Positions 17,147-24,161 of a DNA stretch of 24,161 nucleotides are shown here, piece by piece. Origin of the DNA: a virus. Lineage: Duplodnaviria > Caudoviricetes. A program made the translations under genes and the position numbers. Under the pieces are notes generated by a model. It had not been told where the DNA came from. It saw only the letters and a program-made list of their open reading frames with translations, and did not search any database. Within the stretch, counting starts at the first letter, position 1, and the number at the start of each line of letters is the position of its first letter. Location: IMG/VR virus record IMGVR_UViG_3300037515_000089, positions 1 through 24,161 of that record; one strand, given 5' to 3'.

Positions 17147-17632
17147 TTAAGAAGTATAGGCAGGAGTTACTACTTCGCCATTAGGAACAGTAGTAATACG
17201 CTGATTTTCAAGCTGGGCCAAAAATAGTGCTTGGGCAGGTGCTGCTGCCAATCCCCACTCAATACCCTCATTTACGATACCGGCGTCCCCACGGAAGAGA
17301 ACAGTAGCCAGAGGATCAGTGGTCAAATCAAGATCATGCTTGTTAAAACCAACACCAAACTCATCACCAACAGTCAGTGCGATCACAGAGCCGTCTGGCA
17401 ATGGAGATCCACCTGTGGTGATAGCAGCATCAATATCTTGCGCCACATACACCTCAAACTGAGAATTACCGTCTACCCAAATAACAGGGGTACCGATAGG
17501 ATCAACATCTGTAGCCGCCCCACCGAGGGTTACGGTTGCATAGTTGAAACGGATAGCGGTATCTTCATGGAATGTACTGACACCTTTCAGCAAGTCAGTT
17601 AAATATTTACGACCAGTTGCATTTACAGGCAT
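17147..17632 (-). CDS. Head decoration / capsid stabilising protein
   Basis: 161 aa, beta-rich, IGT.V and VL.RGDA.I....I motifs, immediately upstream of a gpE-like capsid gene. Confidence 0.75.
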   Translation of the reverse strand: MPVNATGRKYLTDLLKGVSTFHEDTAIRFNYATVTLGGAATDVDPIGTPVIWVDGNSQFEVYVAQDIDAAITTGGSPLPDGSVIALTVGDEFGVGFNKHDLDLTTDPLATVLFRGDAGIVNEGIEWGLAAAPAQALFLAQLENQRITTVPNGEVVTPAYTS

Positions 17633-18282
17633 TAGTTAGACTCTCCTTCTTCTTTTTTCTGATAAGATTGGATACGCTCAACGAGGCTCTTTTTTGTAGC
17701 CACCTCGGGTTCACCGCTTTCTCCAACCTCTTTTTCTAGTTCTTCTTCAAGACCACTCTTTTTAACAGAAAGTTCTTTAGCTTTATTTACAGCTTCTTCC
17801 TTTTCTTCTGCCATTTTATCAAATGCTTTGAGGATTTCTGTGCGAAAATCTTGGTCGAGTTTCGCCAAGGCACCAGCAACTGATTTATTCATATCAGCTT
17901 CAAAACCATATTTCAGAATACTATTAGTTGATTCTGATTCGGCAAGAGCTTTCTGAAGTGCTTCAAACTCTTCACGAGTTACCATGTTTTCAGACATATT
18001 ATTATCTTCTTCCTTTTGTTTACTAACATTGTTATCTTCATCAGACAAGCTCTTGCCCAATGGGGTAGGTTCTTCTCCAATTTTTTGAAGAATAGCTTTT
18101 TGCCCTTCAGTCAGAGTACCGACTTCTTTGGCTTTGAGTAGGAAAGGTTCATTCATTTCAGAACAAGCCCCGCCTTGGGAAGCATCAGTATAAGACGCTT
18201 CAGCTCCCTCAAAATTAAAACGAATTTTACTAATTTTACGTTTTGCTTTTGTTTTATCTTTTATTTTATCCAACTCACTCAT
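17632..18282 (-). CDS. Capsid scaffolding protein with an N-terminal protease-like strand segment
   Basis: E/K-rich helical C-terminal half; N-terminal KRKISKIRF..EGAEASYTD..QGGAC; lies between protease and decoration genes. Confidence 0.75.
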   Translation of the reverse strand: MSELDKIKDKTKAKRKISKIRFNFEGAEASYTDASQGGACSEMNEPFLLKAKEVGTLTEGQKAILQKIGEEPTPLGKSLSDEDNNVSKQKEEDNNMSENMVTREEFEALQKALAESESTNSILKYGFEADMNKSVAGALAKLDQDFRTEILKAFDKMAEEKEEAVNKAKELSVKKSGLEEELEKEVGESGEPEVATKKSLVERIQSYQKKEEGESN

Positions 18283-19012
18283 TTTCTAGTTCCTCAAAAA
18301 CAGCTTTAGCCCCAATAGATAAACCCATTAGTTCACCGCTTTTTCTCAGCTCCCAAGCTATTTTATTATTGAACTGTACTTTCACAATCGGTTGTCCCTC
18401 TTTAACCAGAGTTTCCCCGATAGTACATTCACACTCATTAACCCAAGCCTTAATAAATGTATATGAATTTGTTTTACTCTTATGGAATAACCCGGAAGAG
18501 ATAGTTTTTTCTTCAATAGCTTTATTAAAGTTAGTTACCATTTCATACACATCTTCAAGATCATATGTATCGCCTACGGCATCAACTTCGCCCGCCGCGA
18601 TATACAGTGGCTCAATCGCTATCATTTGTTCATCGTCAAACTGTTTGATAACCTGATTAGATTTTTTAGCACCGCCAAAATATTTTTCAATAGTGGAAAT
18701 TATTTTATCAGATAAAGAACGTTCAACATCTTGTTCTAGGCTAACAACTTCGTATTCTGTTTGACGAACAACTTCTTCTACTGAGTTTCCAAAGGTTGCT
18801 AATGTACCATTAAAAGTGTAAGTGTCTCGGTAAGTTTTGTAGCCCTTTCCCTCAGTCCACACTTCAAAATAAGCGTAGGTATCGTCATAATCTAGTAACC
18901 AAGGGGAATGACTACAAGAATCATAAAACGGACTACTTTTATAAGAGGATCTAAGCGAAGAATCTAAAATATTCCTTTTATCCCCCTCGGTTGCTTTTTC
19001 TACTTCATTCAT
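18275..19012 (-). CDS. Prohead serine protease, XkdF-like, with an extra N-terminal domain
   Basis: C-terminal half has DDEQMI...LY....VDAVGD, a candidate catalytic His (GLFH) and W...KSGELMGLSIG with the candidate catalytic Ser; follows the portal gene. Confidence 0.82.
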   Translation of the reverse strand: MNEVEKATEGDKRNILDSSLRSSYKSSPFYDSCSHSPWLLDYDDTYAYFEVWTEGKGYKTYRDTYTFNGTLATFGNSVEEVVRQTEYEVVSLEQDVERSLSDKIISTIEKYFGGAKKSNQVIKQFDDEQMIAIEPLYIAAGEVDAVGDTYDLEDVYEMVTNFNKAIEEKTISSGLFHKSKTNSYTFIKAWVNECECTIGETLVKEGQPIVKVQFNNKIAWELRKSGELMGLSIGAKAVFEELENE

Positions 19013-20610
19013 TAATTATCCTTGTTTATAAAAACAGGTTCTCCTGTGTTAGAATCTATTAATACTATTTGGTTATCATCCTCATAATCGAAGATTAAAT
19101 TTTTCTCTATACTCTTAGATGCATTTTCTGAATTAGTAGAACTAGAGGCTCCACCATTTTGAGTATTACCTGTACCAGAACTGCCAGCAGATTCACCAGC
19201 ACGACTACCATCTTCTCCAGTAAAAACTAAATCTTCAATTCCTTCGATTGGTAAGTCAGAATCTCCATACAGCTTTTCTAAAGCGGCTTGAGTAAGTCCA
19301 CCTACAGATTTTGCTCTCTGGATAAATTTCCCTATTACATCAAGATCAGGTTTTGAAGGATCGGTCGGAACAAACTCAGGCATTTCGTCGAAACCGAGAC
19401 TGATATTGTTTATAGTTAGAAGTCTTGTGGCTAGTTGATTATTAATTACATCCGTCTTATATAACAAGTTTCTGTTTACATAATAGTCATGTGTAGACAT
19501 TTGATTATCAGATAAAGAATGTGAACCGTGGCCTGTTTGGCCTAATAGCAAGAAACCGGCGCCGAAACAGTTATAAATAGACTTTCTTTTTTGTTCTATG
19601 ATGTCTGAGGTATTATATTGTTTTCCAGCTCCAGAAATGCCCTTCAATTCAAAATCATATAGTTTTGTATTAGTAGCTGGATCAACATCTGATGTTAAAA
19701 CAATATAAGAATTCTCTCCTGCATGTAAAGCTCCGGCGTCTCTTTGGAGTTGGTTATATTCCGCTGCTTCATTTGGATAATTTACGGGATCATTTGCCCT
19801 TTCTATTAACTCTGAAGGAACACGTAAAACCACGCTGCCGCCAAGATCCTTTGAAACACCGACCACTTCATAGCGCTCTATTAATTTTTTTTCCATCCAT
19901 GCATCATAACAATGCAATAATGGAGAGTCCCCTTGAGGATTATTATTTGTTGGGTTTTGTCTGAAGTGTAGTAATTGTTGCGTGCTTAGAAAAGGATATC
20001 TTGGTAGGAAAAAACCATTGGTTATTCCACCTATAAATAAACCAGCCTCAAATTCCTTAATAGTAGGTTCTCTGAGTTGTGTTAGCATAGGCTTCTGAAC
20101 AAAACCTTTAAAATCTCTTAAGTCTTTATCCCATACCCAACCATAAACAGATTTCTGATCCCTTGGAGCAAGCTTCTTTATTACTTTAGATCCTGCATAC
20201 TTTCCATAGTTTCTTGTTTCAACAACAATGTTTAAAAACGAAAAACCATACTGCAAGTCAGTTACAGCGTTGGTCATAGCCTCTAACCATGTTCCAGTAC
20301 TCATATTTCTAATACAATAATTCAAAAAATCAGCAGCAATCTTACTGGCTTGTCCTTTTTTTGGCTTAAACTTACCGCCAGCTAGAGCTGTTAATACTAA
20401 AAGGTTGGTAGCGTCAATAGAGTTAAATACTGCATCGTCGCTCGCCATTGTATCAAAAGTACACATTCGTGTAGGCATTACTAAATCTTTCTTCTTAGCA
20501 TCTTGTATAAATCTACTAGAAGTGATTATACGCGGTTGCCCTTTCTCTATGCCTAAGGGTCTTGTAACAACTTGCCCAACACTTTCAGACTTTTTTATCT
20601 CATCTGTCAT
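19012..20610 (-). CDS. Portal protein (DUF935 / Mu gp29-like)
   Basis: 532 aa; YGFS..NIV, KLAPR.Q, NPQGDSPL...Y..W.EK, DLGG and FLLLG...GS.SLS motifs; between terminase and protease. Confidence 0.9.
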   Translation of the reverse strand: MTDEIKKSESVGQVVTRPLGIEKGQPRIITSSRFIQDAKKKDLVMPTRMCTFDTMASDDAVFNSIDATNLLVLTALAGGKFKPKKGQASKIAADFLNYCIRNMSTGTWLEAMTNAVTDLQYGFSFLNIVVETRNYGKYAGSKVIKKLAPRDQKSVYGWVWDKDLRDFKGFVQKPMLTQLREPTIKEFEAGLFIGGITNGFFLPRYPFLSTQQLLHFRQNPTNNNPQGDSPLLHCYDAWMEKKLIERYEVVGVSKDLGGSVVLRVPSELIERANDPVNYPNEAAEYNQLQRDAGALHAGENSYIVLTSDVDPATNTKLYDFELKGISGAGKQYNTSDIIEQKRKSIYNCFGAGFLLLGQTGHGSHSLSDNQMSTHDYYVNRNLLYKTDVINNQLATRLLTINNISLGFDEMPEFVPTDPSKPDLDVIGKFIQRAKSVGGLTQAALEKLYGDSDLPIEGIEDLVFTGEDGSRAGESAGSSGTGNTQNGGASSSTNSENASKSIEKNLIFDYEDDNQIVLIDSNTGEPVFINKDN

Positions 20611-20627
20611 TCCTCTTCCTTCAATTA

Positions 20628-21074
20628 TTATTGTGCTTGTAATTGTTCAAGAAGATTTTTCTTTAAAGCTTTAGGGTTCCTTAAATTACTAGGCACTTCC
20701 AAGTTGTTGTTCTCTGCTATTTGTTTTAGAGCTTTGTAGGCATCAGTTTGCTCAATTTCTTCAGAAAGAGTTAATTCATAAGAATTAGTGTCTTCTTCAT
20801 TCGTCTCTACATCGTCTTCCAGTGATTTTTCTTCAGGATTAGATTCAATAACAGAAGAGGTATTTTCTAAATACAGTACAGCTCTACCTAAACGTCCTTT
20901 AAACATTCTCATACTAACATCTGCACGATCAGTGTTTTCAGCAATTCGGTATCCATCTAGAATTGCATTTTGTATATCAATAAAAAATTGACGTTCGTAT
21001 TTAGCACCAATTCCTTTGTTTTGTATAACAATACGATTAGATTTAGTCTCGTTAATTTTAGTCTCTTCAGTCAT
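20628..21074 (-). CDS. Hypothetical protein (148 aa) with a possible C-terminal helix-extension-helix (Rho-N/HeH-like) module
   Basis: Start moved from 21146 to ATG 21074, which overlaps the terminase stop (ATGACTGA) and has SD AGGA. Acidic linker followed by YKALKQIAENNNLEVP....PKALKKNLLEQL. Confidence 0.7.
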   Translation of the reverse strand: MTEETKINETKSNRIVIQNKGIGAKYERQFFIDIQNAILDGYRIAENTDRADVSMRMFKGRLGRAVLYLENTSSVIESNPEEKSLEDDVETNEEDTNSYELTLSEEIEQTDAYKALKQIAENNNLEVPSNLRNPKALKKNLLEQLQAQ

Positions 21075-22704
21075 TGTATATCCTGTGTTGATTTTCTTGA
21101 TTATATTGTTTAATATGCTTGTTATGTGTGCTCTGTTGTAATACATCAGATGCGTAGGTTTTAGATTGGGATTGGTTTCTTGGGACTATTTTTATTATTC
21201 TTATAGAGCACGCACTATTAAATCCTAGTGCCGTTGAATCGACAATATCGTCTTTTCTCAACCCTGTTGATCTTTCCCCATTAAAAGCTTCAAGCTGTTT
21301 GTACCATCCTTCCAGGGTTGCAGGGTTAAAACTTTCTTCAATTATATAAACCAGCCCTACTTCACAAGCATTGCAAAACGGTAAGAAATCTTTTATTTTC
21401 TTATCTGGGGTATTTTTTGCGGATTTATCTTCTACAACTTTTACTCTATTTTCTATTAGTTTTGTTTTTGTGTAGGTGTGATCTGTAGTACCCGCTCCCA
21501 TATCTTTAGATAGAACAACTGAGCAATCGCCGCCGTCGTATATGGCTTGCTTAGTAATTAGAATGTCTCTTTCGCCAGCTAATTTTCTAAACTGGCCATA
21601 GACCCGCTCTCTTTCTTTTTTATTTTTTTGGTCATCATCCAACTGATCTGCTTGGTAGTTGCCAACAAGCCAGTAGAAACCGGTAGAGTCTTTTCCTATT
21701 TTTGGAGAACAAGCAGAATAATCTGGATACTTATTAGTATCACTTGGTACACTGTATCCTTTGTCCCAACCCCTAAACCATTGTATGCCGTTTGGGATGT
21801 CTACATATTTTTTAACCCTTTCCCCTTCCTCTCCCCTTACCCACTGTCTTTTAAACAGTTTATTGCCTTCGGGGCGGGCATACCAGTTTCCGTATAAATT
21901 TCTGGCCTTATCGACATCATTCATGCCTTCTAAGAAAGCTAAATATTCGGGGTTGTTAATAAGGTTGGGCGGATTATCGTAGATAGTGCAGCCAATGAAA
22001 CTAAAAGAGAGTATCTTAGACTCCCAATCTTTCTTGGGAATTTCATACTTCTCCCCCAACTCTTTTCTGGAATCTCCCCAGTGAAAATCTCCATTCCTTC
22101 GAATAAAATATCTATATTTTCCTTCTTTTTCTGGGTCTGGGAAACCCTCCTCGTCTAAATACCAGTCAACAAGTTCCGATATTTTATGGTCGGGGTCGGG
22201 GTTGCAGCTTATTATAATTCTTGAAGAATATTTTGACTTTGATCTCATTCTTTGGAATAGGTATTCTATTTGTTCCCACTCGAATAGTGTGCCTTCATCA
22301 AAATTGCATAAAGTAAATTGAAGCCCTTGGTTTTTCTTAGCGTCTTTAACAAGTTCCATCCCTTTAAAAACCGCTTTAGCGCCGGTAGGGAATTCAAAAG
22401 TTAATTTAGATTTTGTGGGAATTGGTCTTGAATTTGGATGTATTGTAAGAAAAATATCTTCTGCTGTATCCCATACCCCACCTTGACCTTTAATTTCATC
22501 CATTGTGCGTCTGAATGTAACAATATCTGTATTAGGATCGTCAATATAGCGTAAGCCAATCATCTGCTGAAGGTAGGTCTTGCCACCACCCATCGCACCC
22601 CCAATAATCAAGATTTGAGCATCATTTGCTAAGATCATTTCATGTTTTTTGGAAGCGGGTCTGTGAACTATGTAATCCATCCCCTCGACTAATTCTTTAC
22701 TCAT
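21067..22704 (-). CDS. terL: Terminase large subunit
   Basis: Walker A GGAMGGGKT, Walker B CNFDEG, coupling motif SCNP, YDNP/L.GNW, and nuclease motifs RGWD, DYSA and KDDIVD. Confidence 0.95.
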   Translation of the reverse strand: MSKELVEGMDYIVHRPASKKHEMILANDAQILIIGGAMGGGKTYLQQMIGLRYIDDPNTDIVTFRRTMDEIKGQGGVWDTAEDIFLTIHPNSRPIPTKSKLTFEFPTGAKAVFKGMELVKDAKKNQGLQFTLCNFDEGTLFEWEQIEYLFQRMRSKSKYSSRIIISCNPDPDHKISELVDWYLDEEGFPDPEKEGKYRYFIRRNGDFHWGDSRKELGEKYEIPKKDWESKILSFSFIGCTIYDNPPNLINNPEYLAFLEGMNDVDKARNLYGNWYARPEGNKLFKRQWVRGEEGERVKKYVDIPNGIQWFRGWDKGYSVPSDTNKYPDYSACSPKIGKDSTGFYWLVGNYQADQLDDDQKNKKERERVYGQFRKLAGERDILITKQAIYDGGDCSVVLSKDMGAGTTDHTYTKTKLIENRVKVVEDKSAKNTPDKKIKDFLPFCNACEVGLVYIIEESFNPATLEGWYKQLEAFNGERSTGLRKDDIVDSTALGFNSACSIRIIKIVPRNQSQSKTYASDVLQQSTHNKHIKQYNQENQHRIYND

Positions 22705-23698
22705 AGTTATACCAATCCTCTCTCACATCATCAAGGAATGTATTTATGAATTCTACCTCTTTCTTTGTAAAATTAAATACCTCAGTATAACCACCGAAAG
22801 ATTCTATGGGGCGGTAATTACAATTACTAAATAATTTCTTAAAGAAATCCTCTAGGTGTATAGCTGTATATAAGTTTGTGTGTTTTACAGCAATAGTTTG
22901 TACTTTGCCAACACTCCTCTTGTGTGCCTTTAGCCTGGTTTTCATGCAGTTGGTTACACCTATTTTGTATATACTATCCCCTAGTTCATTTAGTTTAATA
23001 AAGTAAAAATAGTATGAAGTTTCTAATGAATCTTCTTTATTCCTATTTACTGAATTTACGCCCCACCTCCCTACTCTTTCTTTAGAGCACTCAGGGCAGC
23101 CTTTTCCTTCAAGGTGGTTATTCGGGGTTTGTTTAAACACTAAAGAATGTTTTTTACAAAGAATTTTTACCTTAACATATGATTTAGTGTAAACAACACT
23201 AGAGTAGTCATATTTGTTAGAATGTATCTCCGTTGCTCTGCTTAGAAATGCTTTCTTAAGGATATATGTTCTATCTTGTTTATTACATAACACGCAACCT
23301 TGCCTACTCAGGAGATTGTTTGGGGCAACATAATAAACTCCGTGTTCCTTGCACCGTACTTGTAGTTTATTAAAAACCCCTTTGTATATACTGTTACTAA
23401 AATCTAGTGTTGGGTGTATAATCTGGGCTTGACTAATAAATGTTTCTTGGTCTTTTGTGGCAGTGTTTATCCTAGATTCTTTCCCACATAGGGGGCAATT
23501 CTGACCTTACAGGTGTGCGGCGGGGATTTGCATAAAAATGGTATTATGTTTATTACATAAAATTTTCATTTTAGTTTTTGAATTAAAATAATTTTCTTCT
23601 TTATATGTATATTTATTCCCATGAATTTTTATTGCTTTATCTACAAATTCACGGCCTAAATTTCTTTTCTTCCACTTGCTGCCTATTTTGCTGCCCAT
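22697..23698 (-). pseudogene. Homing endonuclease (three DUF723-like Zn-binding repeats plus a GIY-YIG/T5orf172-like nuclease) interrupted by one in-frame TAA
   Basis: Track ORFs 23507-23698 and 22697-23293 are in the same frame and the stretch between them is open: ...AAHL*GQNCPLCGKES...CKEHG...QGCVLCNKQ. Nuclease motif YF.......YKIG.T....R....E.........GGYTE.F. Confidence 0.85.
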
Positions 23699-23716
23699 AG
23701 GATTCCTGAAAATTGA

Positions 23717-23950
23717 TTAAGAAGCTGCCATTAACCCAGCAGCAATCAGAGAGTCCCTGAGAGCATCTACAGCCGCCGCTACAGTAGTAGCACTAGTATC
23801 ATCAGCATCAGCCACAAAAGCAGCTTCAGTAAACCCAGCGGCTGCTGTAAGGTCAGCTACATTAATCTCAGTCCCAGCTATTGGATCAATAAGCTTAGGT
23901 ACTACAACACCCCTTTTAATAATACGATAACGAGTATCAGTTACACTCAT
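23717..23950 (-). CDS. Small head-fibre/decoration-like virion protein (77 aa)
   Basis: SD AAGGA. The C-terminal AAFVADA......AAAVDALRDSLIAAGLMAAS resembles the helical C-terminal motif of small phage head-fibre proteins. Confidence 0.6.
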   Translation of the reverse strand: MSVTDTRYRIIKRGVVVPKLIDPIAGTEINVADLTAAAGFTEAAFVADADDTSATTVAAAVDALRDSLIAAGLMAAS

Positions 23951-23981
23951 TTAATATTCCTTTTAAAATTATTTATAAAAA

Positions 23982-24070
23982 TGACTGGATGGCTACTCTA
24001 ACCACGCCCCCAGACCGTGCTCACATGCAACTAATACCACAATGTTTCCCAACAGGGTGTAGCAGGGAGT
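23982..24070 (-). ncRNA. Putative structured RNA or cis element (unassigned)
   Basis: About 54% GC by hand count in AT-rich intergenic DNA, with several compatible stems and a downstream T5 tract. No family recognised. Confidence 0.3.
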
Positions 24071-24098
24071 TAATTTTGAACACCTCTCCTCTTTTTAT

Positions 24099-24161
24099 CT
24101 AATCTACAGCCTTAAATGATAATACTGCGGCTGGCTTAGATTGTTTTAATTTATTGTCTTC
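24099..24161 (-). CDS. 3' end of an upstream gene (possibly terminase small subunit, by position only)
   Basis: Open frame from the window edge: EDNKLKQSKPAAVLSFKAVD*, TAG at 24099-24101. Confidence 0.5.
   Translation of the reverse strand, partial: EDNKLKQSKPAAVLSFKAVD

Noticed and set aside
18275-18300. Programmed frameshift fusing protease and scaffold
   Set aside because: The scaffold frame has a TAG two codons before its ATG and has its own SD (GAGGA).
21067-22704. Intein or intron in terL
   Set aside because: The frame is continuous and of normal length, ATPase and nuclease motifs are in order, and I saw no intein splice motifs.
23507-23509. Genome-wide stop codon reassignment
   Set aside because: TAA, TAG and TGA all end genes correctly here and the core genes are uninterrupted, so this is an isolated lesion.
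23970-23977. T4-type late promoter TATAAATA upstream of the 77-aa gene
   Set aside because: The same octamer occurs inside genes (for example 3857, 5041, 7133) in AT-rich DNA, and the structural genes are not T4-like.
23982-24070. tRNA, c-di-GMP-II riboswitch or hammerhead ribozyme
   Set aside because: GGTTAGAGT only loosely resembles a T-loop and there is no cloverleaf. GGAAAC...GCAC lacks the riboswitch closing pairings, and there is no CUGANGA core.
24021-24083. 20-codon minus-strand ORF (VFKINSLLHPVGKHCGISCM) after AAGAGGAGAG
   Set aside because: The SD is very close to the GTG and the ORF is tiny. It cannot be supported, although a leader peptide is not fully excluded.
1-24161. CRISPR array, tRNA genes, integrase, invertase, lysis genes, PAAR gene
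   Set aside because: No regularly spaced repeats or diagnostic motifs were seen, and nearly all of the sequence is explained by structural genes.

Overview
This 24 kb window is the nearly complete virion morphogenesis operon of a contractile-tailed (myovirus-type) dsDNA phage, encoded entirely on the minus strand and read right to left. The packaging region holds the 3' end of an upstream gene, a GC-rich intergenic element, a small head-fibre-like gene, a GIY-YIG/T5orf172-type homing endonuclease broken by one in-frame TAA, the terminase large subunit, an unknown 148-aa gene and the portal. Head genes follow: XkdF-type prohead protease, scaffold, decoration protein, lambda-gpE-type major capsid and four head-tail joining genes. 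The tail and baseplate genes are sheath, tube, a tail chaperone with a -1 frameshift extension, tape measure, tube initiator, plug, hub, spike and three wedge genes. A mosaic cluster of fibre/spike genes runs off the left edge. Genes are tightly coupled (many TAATG/TGATG overlaps) with canonical SD sites and the standard genetic code. I saw no tRNA, CRISPR array, integrase, reverse transcriptase or lysis gene. All family assignments are from motif recognition and gene order, not database searches. The most unusual features are: (i) fibre genes built from shared modules, including an exact 48-bp repeat; (ii) a tailspike that appears to lack its beta-helix; (iii) a prohead protease fold apparently split across two genes; (iv) a putative structured RNA in the packaging region; (v) strong lysine depletion of exposed virion proteins. 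None of these is proven to be a new system from sequence alone.
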